Assembly (NCBI GenBank): GCA_951406725.2
Contig: OX597839.1
Coordinates: 3,596,001 to 3,660,000, forward strand
Reading direction: 5' to 3'
Length of the DNA stretch: 64,000 nucleotides
Source: Octopus vulgaris
Taxonomy: Eukaryota
Each line of letters begins with the position of its first letter. The stretch's first letter is position 1. Of this stretch, positions 14,339 to 27,032 are shown piece by piece. The notes under the pieces are model-generated. The model was not told where the DNA came from and made no database searches. It worked only from the letters and a program-made list of their open reading frames with translations. Position numbers and translations under genes: made by a program.

Positions 14339-14539
14339 AGAAACCCGTCGTGTATATATATATATATATATATATATATCTGTGTGTGTGTGTGTGTGTG
14401 TATGTCGCCCCCAACATCTCTTGACAACCGATGGTGGTGTGTTTACGTCCCCCATAACTTAGCGGTTCGACAAAGGATACCGATACAATAAGTACAAGGC
14501 TTAGAAAGAATAAGCCCTGGGGTTAATTTGCTTGTCTCG

Positions 14540-14594
<55 letters not shown>

Positions 14595-14818
14595 GTCTGC
14601 TTACAATCTAAATTTGCTTTTTATAGAACTCTCTTCGATACTTCATGAGTGTAGCCTTACCCCCTAGGATGTTTGGAAAACTCATATGTGTTTTGGCTGA
14701 TGAGTACGGGACACTTGTATTTGCTGCAATATTTGCAGCTTTTAATAAAGCTGTTCTTCGTATGAAACAATTGTACTGAAAAACTAATCCATTCTTGTTG
14801 CTTTTTTTGTATATATAT

Positions 14819-14857
<39 letters not shown>

Positions 14858-14915
14858 TCAATACATATATATTATATAGAAGGAGCATATATGTGTTTGT
14901 GTGTGTGTATATATA

Positions 14916-14997
<82 letters not shown>

Positions 14998-14999
<2 letters not shown>

Positions 15000-15495
15000 C
15001 GCAGGAGTGGCTGTGTGGTAAGTAGCTTGCTAACCAACCACATGGTTTCAGGTTCAGTCCCACTGCGTGGCATCTTGGGCAAGTGTCTTCTGCTATAGCC
15101 TCGGGCCGACCAAAGCCTTGTGAGTGGATTTGGTAGACAGAAACTGAAAGAAGCCTGTCGTATATATGTATATATATATATGTATGTGTGTGTATATGTT
15201 TGTGTTTCTGTGTTTGTCCCTCTAGCATTGCTTGACAACCGATGCTGGTGTATTTACGTCCCCGTCACTTAGCGGTTCGGCAAAAGAGACCGATAGAATA
15301 AGTACTGGGCTTACAAAGAATAAGTCCTGGGGTCGATTTGCTTGACTAAAGGCGGTTCAGCAAAAGTGACCGATAGAATAAGTACTAGGCTTACAAAGAA
15401 TAAGTCCTGGAGTCGATTTGCTCGACTAAAGGCAGTGCTCCAGCATGGCCGCAGTCAAATGACTGAAACAAGTAAAAGAGTAAAGAGTAAAAGAG
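14998..15495 (+). mobile_element. tRNA-derived SINE family A
   Basis: Head ggcgcaggagtggctgtgtggtaag...ggttcagtccc, internal (TA)/(TG) tract and (agagtaa)n tail. Other copies lie at 12937-13345, 17711-18160, 31204-31610(-), 37508-37915(-) and 61854-62253(-). Confidence 0.85.
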
Positions 15496-15691
15496 TAAAT
15501 CAGTGTGCATGTTGTTCAGTGTGAACCATCTTCTTCAGATCAAGGGACTAACACAATGTTGTTGCTTAGCTCCAGTGAGACCCTGACAGACCCTGGCCGC
15601 AGTCAAATGACTGAAACAAGTAAAAGAGTAAAAGAGTATATAATTCTTTCATATTCTTTATGTCTTTCTCATAACCTCCAACCCCATTAGA

Positions 15692-15800
15692 ATGATGAGG
15701 GTACTATTGAAGCTGTTCCGGAAGAAACAGGTGGACTCTAGTGAAATGCAGAAGAGCAAGCTTTCTCGAGTTCTTACACAATCGGATCTTGTACTCTTGG
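15692..15800 (+). CDS. CAT-like copy 2, coding exon 1 (MMRVLLKLFRKKQVDSSEMQKSKLSRVLTQSDLVLLG)
   Basis: The ATG follows a tAG acceptor, implying an upstream 5'UTR exon. RKK...L.R.L...DL..LG is the CAT N-terminal motif. Donor G|GTGAGT. Confidence 0.88.
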
Positions 15801-16559
15801 GTGAGTTTTCAATCTTTTATTTCCTTCTTATTCGTGTTAAGATTCTGACATATTGATATGCAACTAGCTGATAACCATCTGCGAGACTTCTTGTTCGTGA
15901 TCACATTTGTATATGTTTTGTTCATATGCCCACTAGCTGCAAGATAGCAGCCTGGGAAACGTTCCCTCTCAGACCAGGCAAAGACAACTTATCCTGAAAG
16001 TGACTAAGAACAGTAGATATTTATATCTCGTTGTTTTCAACTCATCAGTACCATACACTCGACACATCACGAAGTCGACTGAATCGCTGGTCTGATACAT
16101 ATATGCAAATAGTATAGAGTCTATTTTCTGAATACTGTGGCATAGCACAGGTGAAACAAACTTAAATTTTGAACACTTGTTGCCATAAAGGGATGTTTTC
16201 CAGGGCGCTATCTCACAGGTAATGGGCGTATAAACAAATCACATACGCTGTGTATGTGACAAAATAGACAATAAGTACTTATTGGACAGGTAGACAATAA
16301 GTACGTGATTTTCAGGAACATTTCATTAGATACTGTGACTAGAAGTAAACTCCATAAAATCTATTAAGACTATTCCATATCTATTCTCCATAGACATCCT
16401 TTCCTTTTGTACTTTCATTTTGTAGGACGACAGGGAGCTGATGATTTGAAGATATGGTTGCTATTTCTGACCAGTCGAAAGACCACTACGTACATAAAAA
16501 CCAATTTCATTGGCTCGACTTTAAATCATAGTTTTTTTGGCCTTCTTTCTTTCTTACAG

Positions 16560-16679
16560 GAGTGGGAAGTACCCTAGGAGCTGGCGCCTATGTGTTATCA
16601 GGAGAGGTTGCCAAGTCAAAGGCAGGTCCATCAATTATTCTGTCCTTCTTTGTAGCAGCCATTGTATCAGTGCTTGCAG
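16560..16679 (+). CDS. CAT-like copy 2, exon 2 ([40 protein letters not shown])
   Basis: AG/GT boundaries, phase 1-1, TM1 GSTLGAG motif. Confidence 0.95.
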
Positions 16680-16813
16680 GTTTGTTAACATCTTACTTAG
16701 GATTTGTCTTGTAACTTATTCTGGTGTTGAGTTTGCTTAGTTTTGTTGTCATTCAGATGTTAACATTTTTACTCTTTTTCCATCATTTTATTATACTTTG
16801 AATAAGCTTACAT

Positions 16814-17414
16814 AAGGTGGCGAGCTGGCAGAATTGTTAGCACGCCGGGCGAAATACTTAACAGTATTTCGTCTGCCGCTATACTCTGAGTTCAAATCCC
16901 GCCGAGGTCGACTTTGCCTTTCATTCTTTCGGGGTCGAGAAATTAAGTACCAGTTACGCACTGGAGTCGATATAATCGACTTAATCCGTTTGTCTGTCCT
17001 TGTTTGTCCCCTCTGTGTTTAGCCCCTTGTGGGTAGTAAAGAAATAGGTATTTCGTCTGTTGTTATGTTCTGAGTTCAAATTCCGCCGAGGTCGACTTTG
17101 CCTTTCATCCTTTTAGGGTCGATAAATAAAGTACCAGTTTTGCACTGGGGTCGATGTAATCGATTTAATCCCTTTGTCTGTTCTTGTTTGTCCCCTCTGT
17201 GTTTAGCCCCTTGTGTGTAGTAAAGAAATAGGTATTTCGTCTGTCGTTATGTTCTGAGTTCAAATTCCGCCGAGGTCGACTTTGCCTTTCATCCTTTTAG
17301 GGTCGATAAATAAAGTACCAGTTTTGCACTGGGGTCGATGTAATCGATTTAATCCCTTTGTCTGTCCTTGTTTGTCCTCTCTGTGTTTAGCCCCTTGTGG
17401 GCAGTAAAGAAATA
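16814..17414 (+). mobile_element. SINE family B trimer within one TSD
   Basis: One head and three ~180-bp body units, with the 22-bp direct repeat tatactttgaataagcttacat at 16792-16813 and 17415-17436. Confidence 0.85.
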
Positions 17415-17882
17415 TATACTTTGAATAAGCTTACATTCATTTCGTTTTTGAAAATTTCGATAGCTGCTTGTTATTGATGATGTTGTTGTCGATGAAGACA
17501 CATGACTTTGTGGTTAGAGTGTTGCACTCACGATTGCGAGATCGTGGGTTCAATTCCCGTACTGGGCAGTGCGTGAGTTTATCTCACGTTGCTGTGCGAT
17601 CACTTCGAAATCTGACGTGTGGCACACTGTGCACCTGTGCAGGTAATATTGATTTTATTGAAGGAGTAAGCTTAATGCACAGCACAAACATTTGATCATT
17701 ATAAACAAATAGGCGCAGGAGTGGCTGTGTGGTAAGTAGCTTGCTTACAAACCACATGGTTCCGGGTTCTGTCCCACTGCGTGGCACCTCGGGCAAGTGT
17801 TTTCTACTATAGCCTCGGGCCGAGCAAAGACTTGTGAGAGGATTTGGTAGACAGAAACTGAAAGAAGCCCATCGTATATATG

Positions 17883-17921
<39 letters not shown>

Positions 17922-18800
17922 TGTGTTTATGTGTGTGTATATGTTTGTGTGTGTGTGTTTGTCCCCACAACATCGCTTGACAACCGATGCTGGTGTGTCT
18001 ACGTCCCCGTAACTTAGCGGTTCGGCAAAAGTGACCGATAGAATAAGTACTAGGCTTACAAAAAATAAGTCCTGGAGTCGATTTGCTCGACTAAAGGCAG
18101 TGCTTCAGCATGGCCACAGTCAAATGACTGAAACAAGTAAAAGAGTAAAGAGTAAAAGAGTTAATCAGCACGCATGTTGTTCAGTGACAACCATCTTCTT
18201 CAAATCGAGGGACTAACACAAAGTTGTTGCTTAGCTCCAGTGAGACCCTGACAGAGTATACCTTGGCAGACGTAAACAGACCTTGGCAGGTGAGAGTAAG
18301 CCATGGCACAGTGTCGTGTCGCACAGTGCATTACGTTGAGATGTCCTTCGTTTCTTAAAGACAGTAGGGTGTGACTTCTGCGAGTGTTAGCAGCTATTTC
18401 TTTCTGGTCATATGAAGACACAGAAGCTCCGTCTAATGCTGGACTTTTATGATTATGATGATGATGTTGTTGTTGTTATTGTTGTTGAGGTGGTATATAT
18501 ATATATATACGCATATTTATACATACATACGTACATACATGCATACATGCATGACAGACTTCTTCCTGTTTCCGTCAAGTAAATTCACTCACAAAGCTTT
18601 GGTTGTACCAGTATTAAAGTAGAAAACATATGTCCCAAGGTACCAAGCAGTGGGACGGAACTCGAAACCTTGTTGTCGGGAAGCAAGCTTCTTAGCACAT
18701 GACCATACCATACCTGAGTAAACATAAGTACATTGTCTAAATCCATCCAATAATTCTTTTAAATGCTAACATTTTCTTTTCTTTACCCTTTTCCTGTCAG

Positions 18801-18929
18801 GGCTTTGTTATGCTGAATTTGGGTCCCGAGTCCCAAAAGCTGGCTCTGCCTATGTCTATAGCTACGTCACAGTTGGTGAACTGATTGCTTTTATCATTGG
18901 TTGGACCCTCGTTCTCGAATATGCTATTG
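18801..18929 (+). CDS. CAT-like copy 2, exon 3 ([43 protein letters not shown])
   Basis: AG/GTAAGT boundaries, phase 1-1, canonical CYAEF..RVP..GSAY.YSY motif. Confidence 0.96.
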
Positions 18930-19222
18930 GTAAGTAACTTTATTCTCCATCTTTTTATGAACCACATCATTCTTTTAATTTCTCCTTGCTTTTCTCACTC
19001 TTACACAGCTTCACTGTCTTCCTGTCATTGTACAGAGCTTTTCTTGTCATGCGTTCCCCATCAGTTGCACCCAGTCTCTCAAATACAGGGGACATAGAAC
19101 TGTGTTATCTTTCTTTTATTTTCCTCTAGTCAAAAAGAACAGACAAAAGCGTTGGATACGTCACTCCCTGCAGTAATTCCACTGATTTTTTTCTGTCACT
19201 ATTCCAAATAATAAAGGCCTTG

Positions 19223-19290
<68 letters not shown>

Positions 19291-20230
19291 AAAATTTTGA
19301 ATTAAAAGCACCTCTAATAATGTATGTTTTGTTCATATGCCCATTAGCTGCAAGATAGCAGCCTGGGAAACGTTCCCTTTCAGACCAGGCAAGACAACTT
19401 GTCCTGAAAGTGACTAAGAACAGTAGATATTTATATTTCGTTGTTTTCAACTCATCAGTACCATACACTCGACACATCACGAAGTCAACTGAATCGCTGG
19501 TCTGATACATATATGCAAATAGTATAGAGTCTATTTTCTGAATACTGTGGCATAGCACAGGTGAAACAAACTTAAATTTTGAACACTTGCTGCCATAAAG
19601 GGGTGTTTTCCAGGGCGCTATCTCACAGGTAATGGGCGTATAAACAAATCACATACGCTGTGTATGTGACAAAATATTGGAAAATTGTTCAAGGTTTGAC
19701 AAGTGACCTGGACTGTTGGCAATTTGCTGTGCTTGAGAAGATGTGTCAAATTTTGTGAAATCGTAGTCGTGGCCAGTGCTGGTGACACTTTGAAGGTAGC
19801 TGCTACATTATGTGGATTGGTTCACATTAGGAAGGGTATCCAGCTGTAAAAACCAAGGCAAAACAGACTATAACCTGGTGCAGTTCTCTGGCTTACCAAT
19901 TCCAGTCAAACCATCTAACCCATGCCAGTATGGAAAATGGACAAAAAATGAAGATGAGATGATGATGATATAATTTATATATATATGCATATATATTACG
20001 GAGATGTACTTGCATAGCAAGTGACCTGATCTGAGATCGTATGCTGGAACATTAAACAATTGCAGCGTGGAAGGTGTTTATAAACCATCTAAAACACAGA
20101 ATTTTGTCAGTGAACAGGTTGTGATCTCAAAGCGACGAAAATATTTTGGCAAATTAAATTTAAATGTTGAAGTGAATCTAACAGCTTTTGAGTGTTTTTT
20201 AAATGGCTTATATACACCTTCCACGCTGCA

Positions 20231-20271
<41 letters not shown>

Positions 20272-20348
20272 TTGTAAACATTTGCATTTGTTGTAATGAA
20301 CCGGTGTTAGACTTGAACTCCTAATTTTACCATTTAATTCCATTGCAG

Positions 20349-20504
20349 GAACTGCAAGTGTAGCAAGAGCTTGGACTGCACATTTCAACACATTGGTTGA
20401 CAATAAAATCTCCAATTTCCTAAACTCCACCATGCCAATTAATACTTATTTCTTAGCACAATATCCAGATTTCTTTGCGTTGAGTCTCGTGGCATTACTT
20501 ACAA
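20349..20504 (+). CDS. CAT-like copy 2, exon 4 (TASVARAWTAHFNTLVDNKISNFLNSTMPINTYFLAQYPDFFALSLVALLT)
   Basis: AG/GTAAGG boundaries, phase 1-1, SVARAW and YPDFFA motifs. Confidence 0.94.
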
Positions 20505-21920
20505 GTAAGGAAACTAAACATCAATATGCACACACACACATTTTAAACTGACTATTTACCTTGCAACTATACAGACACACAGACATATATATTTTTTTTT
20601 TCTTTACTACCCACAAGGGGCTAAACACAGAGGAGACAAACAAGGACAGAAAAACGGATTAAGTCAATTATATCGACCCCAGTGCATAACTGGTACTTAA
20701 TTTATCGACCCCAAAAGGATGAAAGGCAAAGTCGACCTCAGCGGAATTTGAACTCAGAACGTAACGGCAGATGAAATACGGCTACGCATTTCGCCCAGCG
20801 TGCTAACGTTTCTGCCAGCTTGCCTTATATATATATATATATACACACATACACACACACATATATATTATGTGTGTGTGTATATATCTTTTATTGTCAT
20901 TTATCTTTTACTTAGTCCTTAGACAGTGGGCATGGGAACTAAACATCATTATGCACACACACACACACACATATATGACGGGCTTCTTTCAGTTTCCATC
21001 TACCAAATCCACTCAAAGCTTTGGTCGGCCCAAGGCCATACTGGAAGATAGTTGTGTGTGTCTTTATGTATGTATGTATGTGCATGTGTGTGTGCACATG
21101 TGTTTGTATATGCATTTGTATAAATCACTTTTAATATTAACTTACCTGAGATCATCACTGGCGTTGGTTTGTTTACAACCCCATAACGTAGTAGTTCAGC
21201 AAAAAAAGCCTATAAAAGAAGTACCAAGCTTAACAATAAAAAAATAAAACAAGTACTGAGATCAATTCACTCAACTAAAAATTATTCGAGGCAGTGCTCC
21301 GGCATGGCCACAGCAGTCTAATGACTGAAAGAAGAAAAAAATGGAAGTTAAGAGGTAAAAGATGTACAAGATTCCTGGTTTTTAAAACCTTGCTTCAAAG
21401 TGTTCCAAAATTTTATGTCTGAACATCAGCTTGGAAATGACAAAATTATTTGGTAGAATTCTGGTTTAAGTACCCCATATGACCCCTCGTAACTTTTTTC
21501 TTTTTTGGAATTTTCAGAAAATTTTTATGAATTTGTATCCCACACACAGAAATTCATACAATTTTTAAAAGAAATTAGAGAATTTGAACTCAGAACGTAA
21601 TGACAGATGAAATACTGCTAAGCATTTCGCCCGGCATGCTAACGTGTCTACCAGCTCGAGAGATCAATAATAATAAAGCATTTATTGGTAACCTACCAAT
21701 ATGTTATTACTATAAATTCAGTTTAAATGAAAAACTTCTAAATTCACAAATTTTTGGGAGATCTTTTTAAATTTGAATTTTCAACCGTTAGCATATAACA
21801 AATCTGCATCCAGACCTGATCCCAATGCCGGATGTTCAAGAACCAAACGAAGGGCAGATTTTCAATGCCAGGATCATCCTGATTCCAAAATGGCATAATA
21901 TGTCTCTGTAGAGCAAATAT

Positions 21921-22220
21921 GGAGGCGTAATGGCCTAGTGGTTAGGACAGCGGATTCGCGGTCGGAGGATCGCGGCTTCGATTCCCAGACCGGGCGTTGT
22001 GTGTGTTTATTGAGCGAAAACACCTAAAAGCTCCACGAGGCTCCAGAAGGGGGTGGTGGCGACCCCTGTTGTACTCTTTCACCACAACTTTCTCTCACTC
22101 TCTCTTCCTGTTTCTTGAGTAATGCTGCGATGGACTGGCATCCCATCCAGCTGGGGGGAACACATACGCCACAGAAACTGGGAAACCAGGCCCATGAGTT
22201 TGGCTAGGATTGAAAAGAGT
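21921..22220 (+). mobile_element. tRNA-derived SINE family D
   Basis: A box tggcctagtgg and B-box-like ttcgattcc, followed by a non-tRNA body. Related copies lie at 27720-28012(-) and 62400-62770. Confidence 0.7.
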
Positions 22221-22383
22221 GAGAAGAAGAAGAAGAGCAAATGTAGACTGAGACACAGGGATCTCAGACGGACGGACAGACAGAATTTCACTTTTATTAT
22301 TATAGATGTAGGCAGTGTAATTCAACTGAAATATAATTTAACAATGATGTTAACATATCATTCTATCAAATCTATTTTACCAG

Positions 22384-22523
22384 TTATTCTTGCTGCCGGA
22401 GTGAAACAATCTACAGTGTTCAACAGTATTTTTACAGTCCTCAATCTCCTTGTACTTACCTATGTTATCATCTGTGGATTTTTCACTGTTGACTTTAAGA
22501 ACTGGAGCATTGACAAAAGTGAA
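22384..22523 (+). CDS. CAT-like copy 2, exon 5 (IILAAGVKQSTVFNSIFTVLNLLVLTYVIICGFFTVDFKNWSIDKSE)
   Basis: AG/GTAAGT boundaries, phase 1-0, GVK.S..FN..FT..N motif. Confidence 0.95.
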
Positions 22524-23720
22524 GTAAGTTTTTCACAAAGTCTCTTTTATTACTGACATACTTGCATATTATGTTATTGCCAATCTTTTGCTGATTGCAG
22601 AATTGATAAAACATAGATAAAAATTGCTTTATATTCATTTCAAGCTGGTTTCAAATTTTGACAGAAACCAGCAACTGCAAGGGAGGCCGTAGGTTGACTA
22701 CAGTGACCCCAGTGTTCAACTGCTACTTACTTTAAAGACCCTGAATGGATGAGAGGCCTTGATAAAATTTGAACTCAGAACATAAAGATGGATGGATGGA
22801 TGGAATGAAACTCAGCATTTTCCCCAGCATGCTTAGCAATTCTGCCAGCCTGCCACCTTGAAAAAATTGCTGTATATAATTACTGTATAGGTGTAGGTAT
22901 AGCTATGCGGTGAGATGTTTGCTTCACAGTTCAGTCCCCTTGCATATTACCTTTGCTGTGTCTTTTACTATTGTCCTGGGTCGATCAAAGCCTTGGGAAT
23001 AGATGTCTTGCAAACAACTTGCACATGCAAGTGCTACCAGTTAAAAGCTCTGTATACTGGAAGCTAGCAAGTGTATGGGGTCATCAGGACAGAATGCGCG
23101 CCGTTTCGGGGCCTACCTCTCGACGGCATCAATGCGCACCAGCCCCCCCTCACTGATATGAGGCCCTACTTGCTAGATCAGCTGATTATGAAGAACTCTA
23201 TACTTCTAGCCATCGCTCATCGTCTCTTTTTAACCAAATCCAGTGGCTAGCCTTCTCCACTGTAGATTGGATATCAGTCATGGTGGTATTGACTTTATGA
23301 TGAGTTAGGCCTAGCGATAACAACAGTTGTCTCATGCTGTGTCCAACAAACCCTAACACAACCCCTCTGTCCGGCATTTGCTATGATAGATTGCTAGTCA
23401 CTAAACCTTTTTCTATTTTCTCTCCCTGTTTATTTCTGTGTTCCTTTCTGTCAGTTGCTGGTTTCTGTCAAAACAAAAGATTTTCTCTACACCCATGTGG
23501 ATTTTCATAGATCTTTCAAATCTAATTCACCTACTCCTAGGTGGCTTCATATAAACTACCATCAGCTATTTTGGGTACTCCTATCTATTGCAGGTATATC
23601 TAGGGTAATGATAGTAGTTTCATGTCATTTATAATGCATACCTTAATCTCTTTTAGGTATCCCAGGATATATTAATGGTGGCTTTGTGTAGGTTAAAACA
23701 AGCCTGTTTCTCTATTTCAG

Positions 23721-23835
23721 GTACCCCCTGGGTACGGTGAGGGTGGATTCATGCCTTATGGCATTTCCGGAATGTTGTCTGGCGCTGCCACATGTTTCTA
23801 TGGATTTATTGGATTTGACTGTATTGCTACCACAG
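23721..23835 (+). CDS. CAT-like copy 2, exon 6 ([39 protein letters not shown])
   Basis: AG/GTGAGT boundaries, phase 0-1, GGF.P.G..G...GAATCFY.F.GFD.IATTG motif. Confidence 0.96.
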
Positions 23836-24780
23836 GTGAGTTACACTCGAGTCTGTTATCATTACTCATGAGTTGCACTTGAGTATGATGTTATTCCTGG
23901 TGAGTTACACTCGACACTATTATCATTATTTGTGAACTACTTTTGAGTTTGATGCTATTGTTAGTAAGTTACACTCGAGTGTATTCCTATTACTGGTGAA
24001 TAACACTTGAGTCTATTCTTATTACTGGTGAGTTTAGACTTGAGACTATTCTTATTACTAGTAAGTCACACTTGAGTTTATTCTCATTACTGGTGAATTA
24101 CACGTGAGTTTGTCCTTATCCCAGCTGAGTTACACTTGAATCTACTCACCACTGGTGAGTTACACCTCAGTATTCTAATTACTGATGAGTTACACTTGAG
24201 TGTATTCTCATTACTGGTGAGTTATACTTGAGTCAGTTCTTATCCAGGCTGAGTTGCACCTAATTTATTCTTATAACTGGTGAGTTACACTTGAATCCGT
24301 TGTTATTAATAATCTTTTCTACCCTAGGTGCAAGGCTTGAAATTTTTGGGGAGAGGGGCCAGTCGATTAGATCGACACCAGTATGCAACTGTTACTTAAT
24401 TAATAGACACCGAAAGGATGAAAGGCAAAGTTGATCTCAGTGGAATTTGAACTCAGAACGTGAAGACAGACGAAATACCACTAAACATTTCGCCCGGTGT
24501 GCTAAAGTTTTTGCCATCTCACTGCTGTTGTTATTAATAATGGGCAATACTTGAGTGCGGACTCATTACTGATGAGTAACACTTGAGTGTGTAACCGTTA
24601 CAGATAAGTTAAACTTGAGCCTCTTCTGAATACTGACAAATACACACCGGCCTAGCCATCACTGTTAAGTTACACTCCATCCTGTTAAGTTACACTCCTG
24701 GTGTGAGGTTATTATTGGTGACTTACACTCCAGTGTGTTATCATTACAGGTAAGTTTCACTTCAGTGTACTATCATTAAT
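23822..24780 (+). repeat. Diverged 32-bp minisatellite built from the exon-6 donor junction, split by a SINE
   Basis: Unit is approximately tattcttattactg|gtgagttacacttgagtc. GTRAG-like cores occur at 23836, 23868, 23900, 23932, 23964, 23996, 24028 ... 24280 and resume after 24541. Confidence 0.85.
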
Positions 24781-25606
24781 GCATTATAAATTCAGAATTG
24801 ATTTCATTGTGTTGCACAATTGAAGAATAAATTGAATTTAGAATAACAAATTACTATATACAACATATTTTGCTTTTTCTTCTAATCATCATCATCATCA
24901 TTTAACGTCCGCTTTCCATGCTAGCATGGATTGGACGGTTTGACTGAGGGCTGGCAAACCAGATGGCTGCACCAGGCTCCAGTCTTGATCTGGCAGAGTT
25001 TCTACAGCTGGATGCCCTTCCTAACACCAATATAATAATAAAATAAATGCGCCCTTTTAAAGCCTAGCCAGGCTCATGGGCCCAGTTTTCCGGTTTCTAT
25101 GGCGTATGTGTTCCCCAGCTGGATGGGACACCAGTCCATTGCAGCGTTACTCATTTTTGCCAGCTGAGTGGACTGGAGCAACGTGAAATGAAGTGTTTTG
25201 CTCAAGAACACAACACATCGCCCGGTCCAGGAATCAAAACCACAATCTTACGATCATGATGCTGACACCCTAACCACTATACCATGTGCCTCCACTTCTA
25301 ATATATAAGAAACAATTTCATTCCTGGGCAATGCCAGTGCCTCTGCTAGTGTATGTATAATTACACAAGGATGGAATAGGTGATGGTGGCCATATTATTT
25401 CTAAACAATTGCTGCTAAACTGGCACTGATCCTGGAGAAATAGTTAAAAACATGTCTCCAAGAAATCTAATAAAAAGAAAGAAAAAAGAACCAAAAATTT
25501 CTTTTTTAAAAATTGATGTTATTTTCCATTTTTTTAAAATTTTTACTCACCTTTCTCATTTTGTTATTTTTATTTATTTTGTTATTTTTATTTATTTATT
25601 TTTCAG

Positions 25607-25828
25607 GTGAAGAAGCCAAAAATCCTCAGAAAGCCATCCCCGTCAGTATCATCCTCAGCCTCTTCATTGTGTTCATCTTCTACTTCATGATATCCCTTGT
25701 TCTGACCTCAATGTCTCCTTATTATCTACTAGATGATAATGCTGCTTTACCGTTTGTCTTTGAGAGATTGGATGGACCATTGCCAGATATGGGATTGCAA
25801 TTGGCAGCATTTGTGCTCTGACTGCCAG
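25607..25828 (+). CDS. CAT-like copy 2, exon 7, with a 1-nt deletion frameshift at about 25765
   Basis: EEAKNPQKAIPVSI...AALPFVFE is in one frame and IGWTIARYGIAIGSICALTAS in another. The exon is 222 nt but the flanking phases require 223 nt. Confidence 0.9.
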
Positions 25829-26535
25829 GTAAACAGTTCTTGGAGCTTTCCATAGTCTTCATGTTCTTTGGCTTAGGAAATGGATTTTTTTCAAAAATTT
25901 TATTCAGGAATGGCTATGCGGTTAAGAAGTTTGCTTCCTGGCCACATGGTCACAAGATCGATCACACACAAACACACACACTAACATATGTATGCACAAA
26001 CATATGTACACGCACACACATACATACTTTCACACAGACACACATGCAAACACATATGCACACACATACACATACACATATGCATACACACATATATACA
26101 CACATGCACACACAAACAAACACACACCCCCACACACACACACATAAACAAACACACTCATGCACATGCACACAAACACACATACAGACTCTCTCACACA
26201 CACAAATGCACACACACATACACACATATGTACACATACACATACATACGTGCACACACATACACATACAGCTGCATACACACACAAACATACATGCACG
26301 TACACACATACACACCAAACATACACACACATACACACACATACATACACGCATACACACACATCTAGACACATGCATACACACACACACACACACCCAC
26401 ACATATACACAAACAAACACACTCATATACATACACAAGTACAAACAAAGATGATATCGAAGATATTCCAATGATGACCACCACCACAACCACTATAATA
26501 TTTTATATCCCCACCAACCTCTTTATATATTTCAG

Positions 26536-26675
26536 CATGGTAGGTTCAATATTCCCCTTACCTAGGGTTGTGTATGCAATGGCTGAGGACCGCATAATCT
26601 TTAGTGTCCTTTCTAAAGTATCAGACAGGTTCAAGACCCCTGTCCGGGCAACGCTGGTCGCTGGACTCTTTTCAG
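26536..26675 (+). CDS. CAT-like copy 2, exon 8 (MVGSIFPLPRVVYAMAEDRIIFSVLSKVSDRFKTPVRATLVAGLFSG)
   Basis: AG acceptor, weak GTCATT donor, phase 2-1, GS.FP.PR..YAMA.D and KTP..AT motifs. Confidence 0.92.
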
Positions 26676-27001
26676 GTCATTCAACTTCTACTATATTTAT
26701 TTATTTATTTGTCTGTCTGTCCCCCAGTCTGTCTGTCTGTCAGTCTCTCAGTCTGTCTGATTGTTCATCTGTCTGGCTATCTGTGTGTCTGCATATAAAA
26801 TTAGTGTACATTTAATCACAAAAGAGGTGACCCTAACAGCACACCTTACATGCTAGAAGGAACAGTCAAAATCCAAACCACAGTTAAGAGCAATTTCAAA
26901 GGGGATGAAAAATAAAAACAGCATATATAGATGTCTGAGTGTCTATATGTTTCTAGCTTTCTGATTGTTTGTATACCTGTCTGTCTATCTGCTTATGGTG
27001 T

Positions 27002-27032
<31 letters not shown>

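Noticed and set aside
21921-21995. Apparent tRNA genes (also near 17500, 33670, 61680 and 62405)
   Set aside because: The A/B boxes continue into SINE bodies, there is no convincing acceptor stem, and there are multiple diverged copies. These are SINE heads.
25513-25821. The ORF-track ending LDGPLPDMGLQLAAFVL* as a genuine C-terminus, or programmed frameshifting
   Set aside because: The conserved CAT sequence continues in the alternative frame and there is no slippery heptamer. A simple 1-nt deletion explains it.
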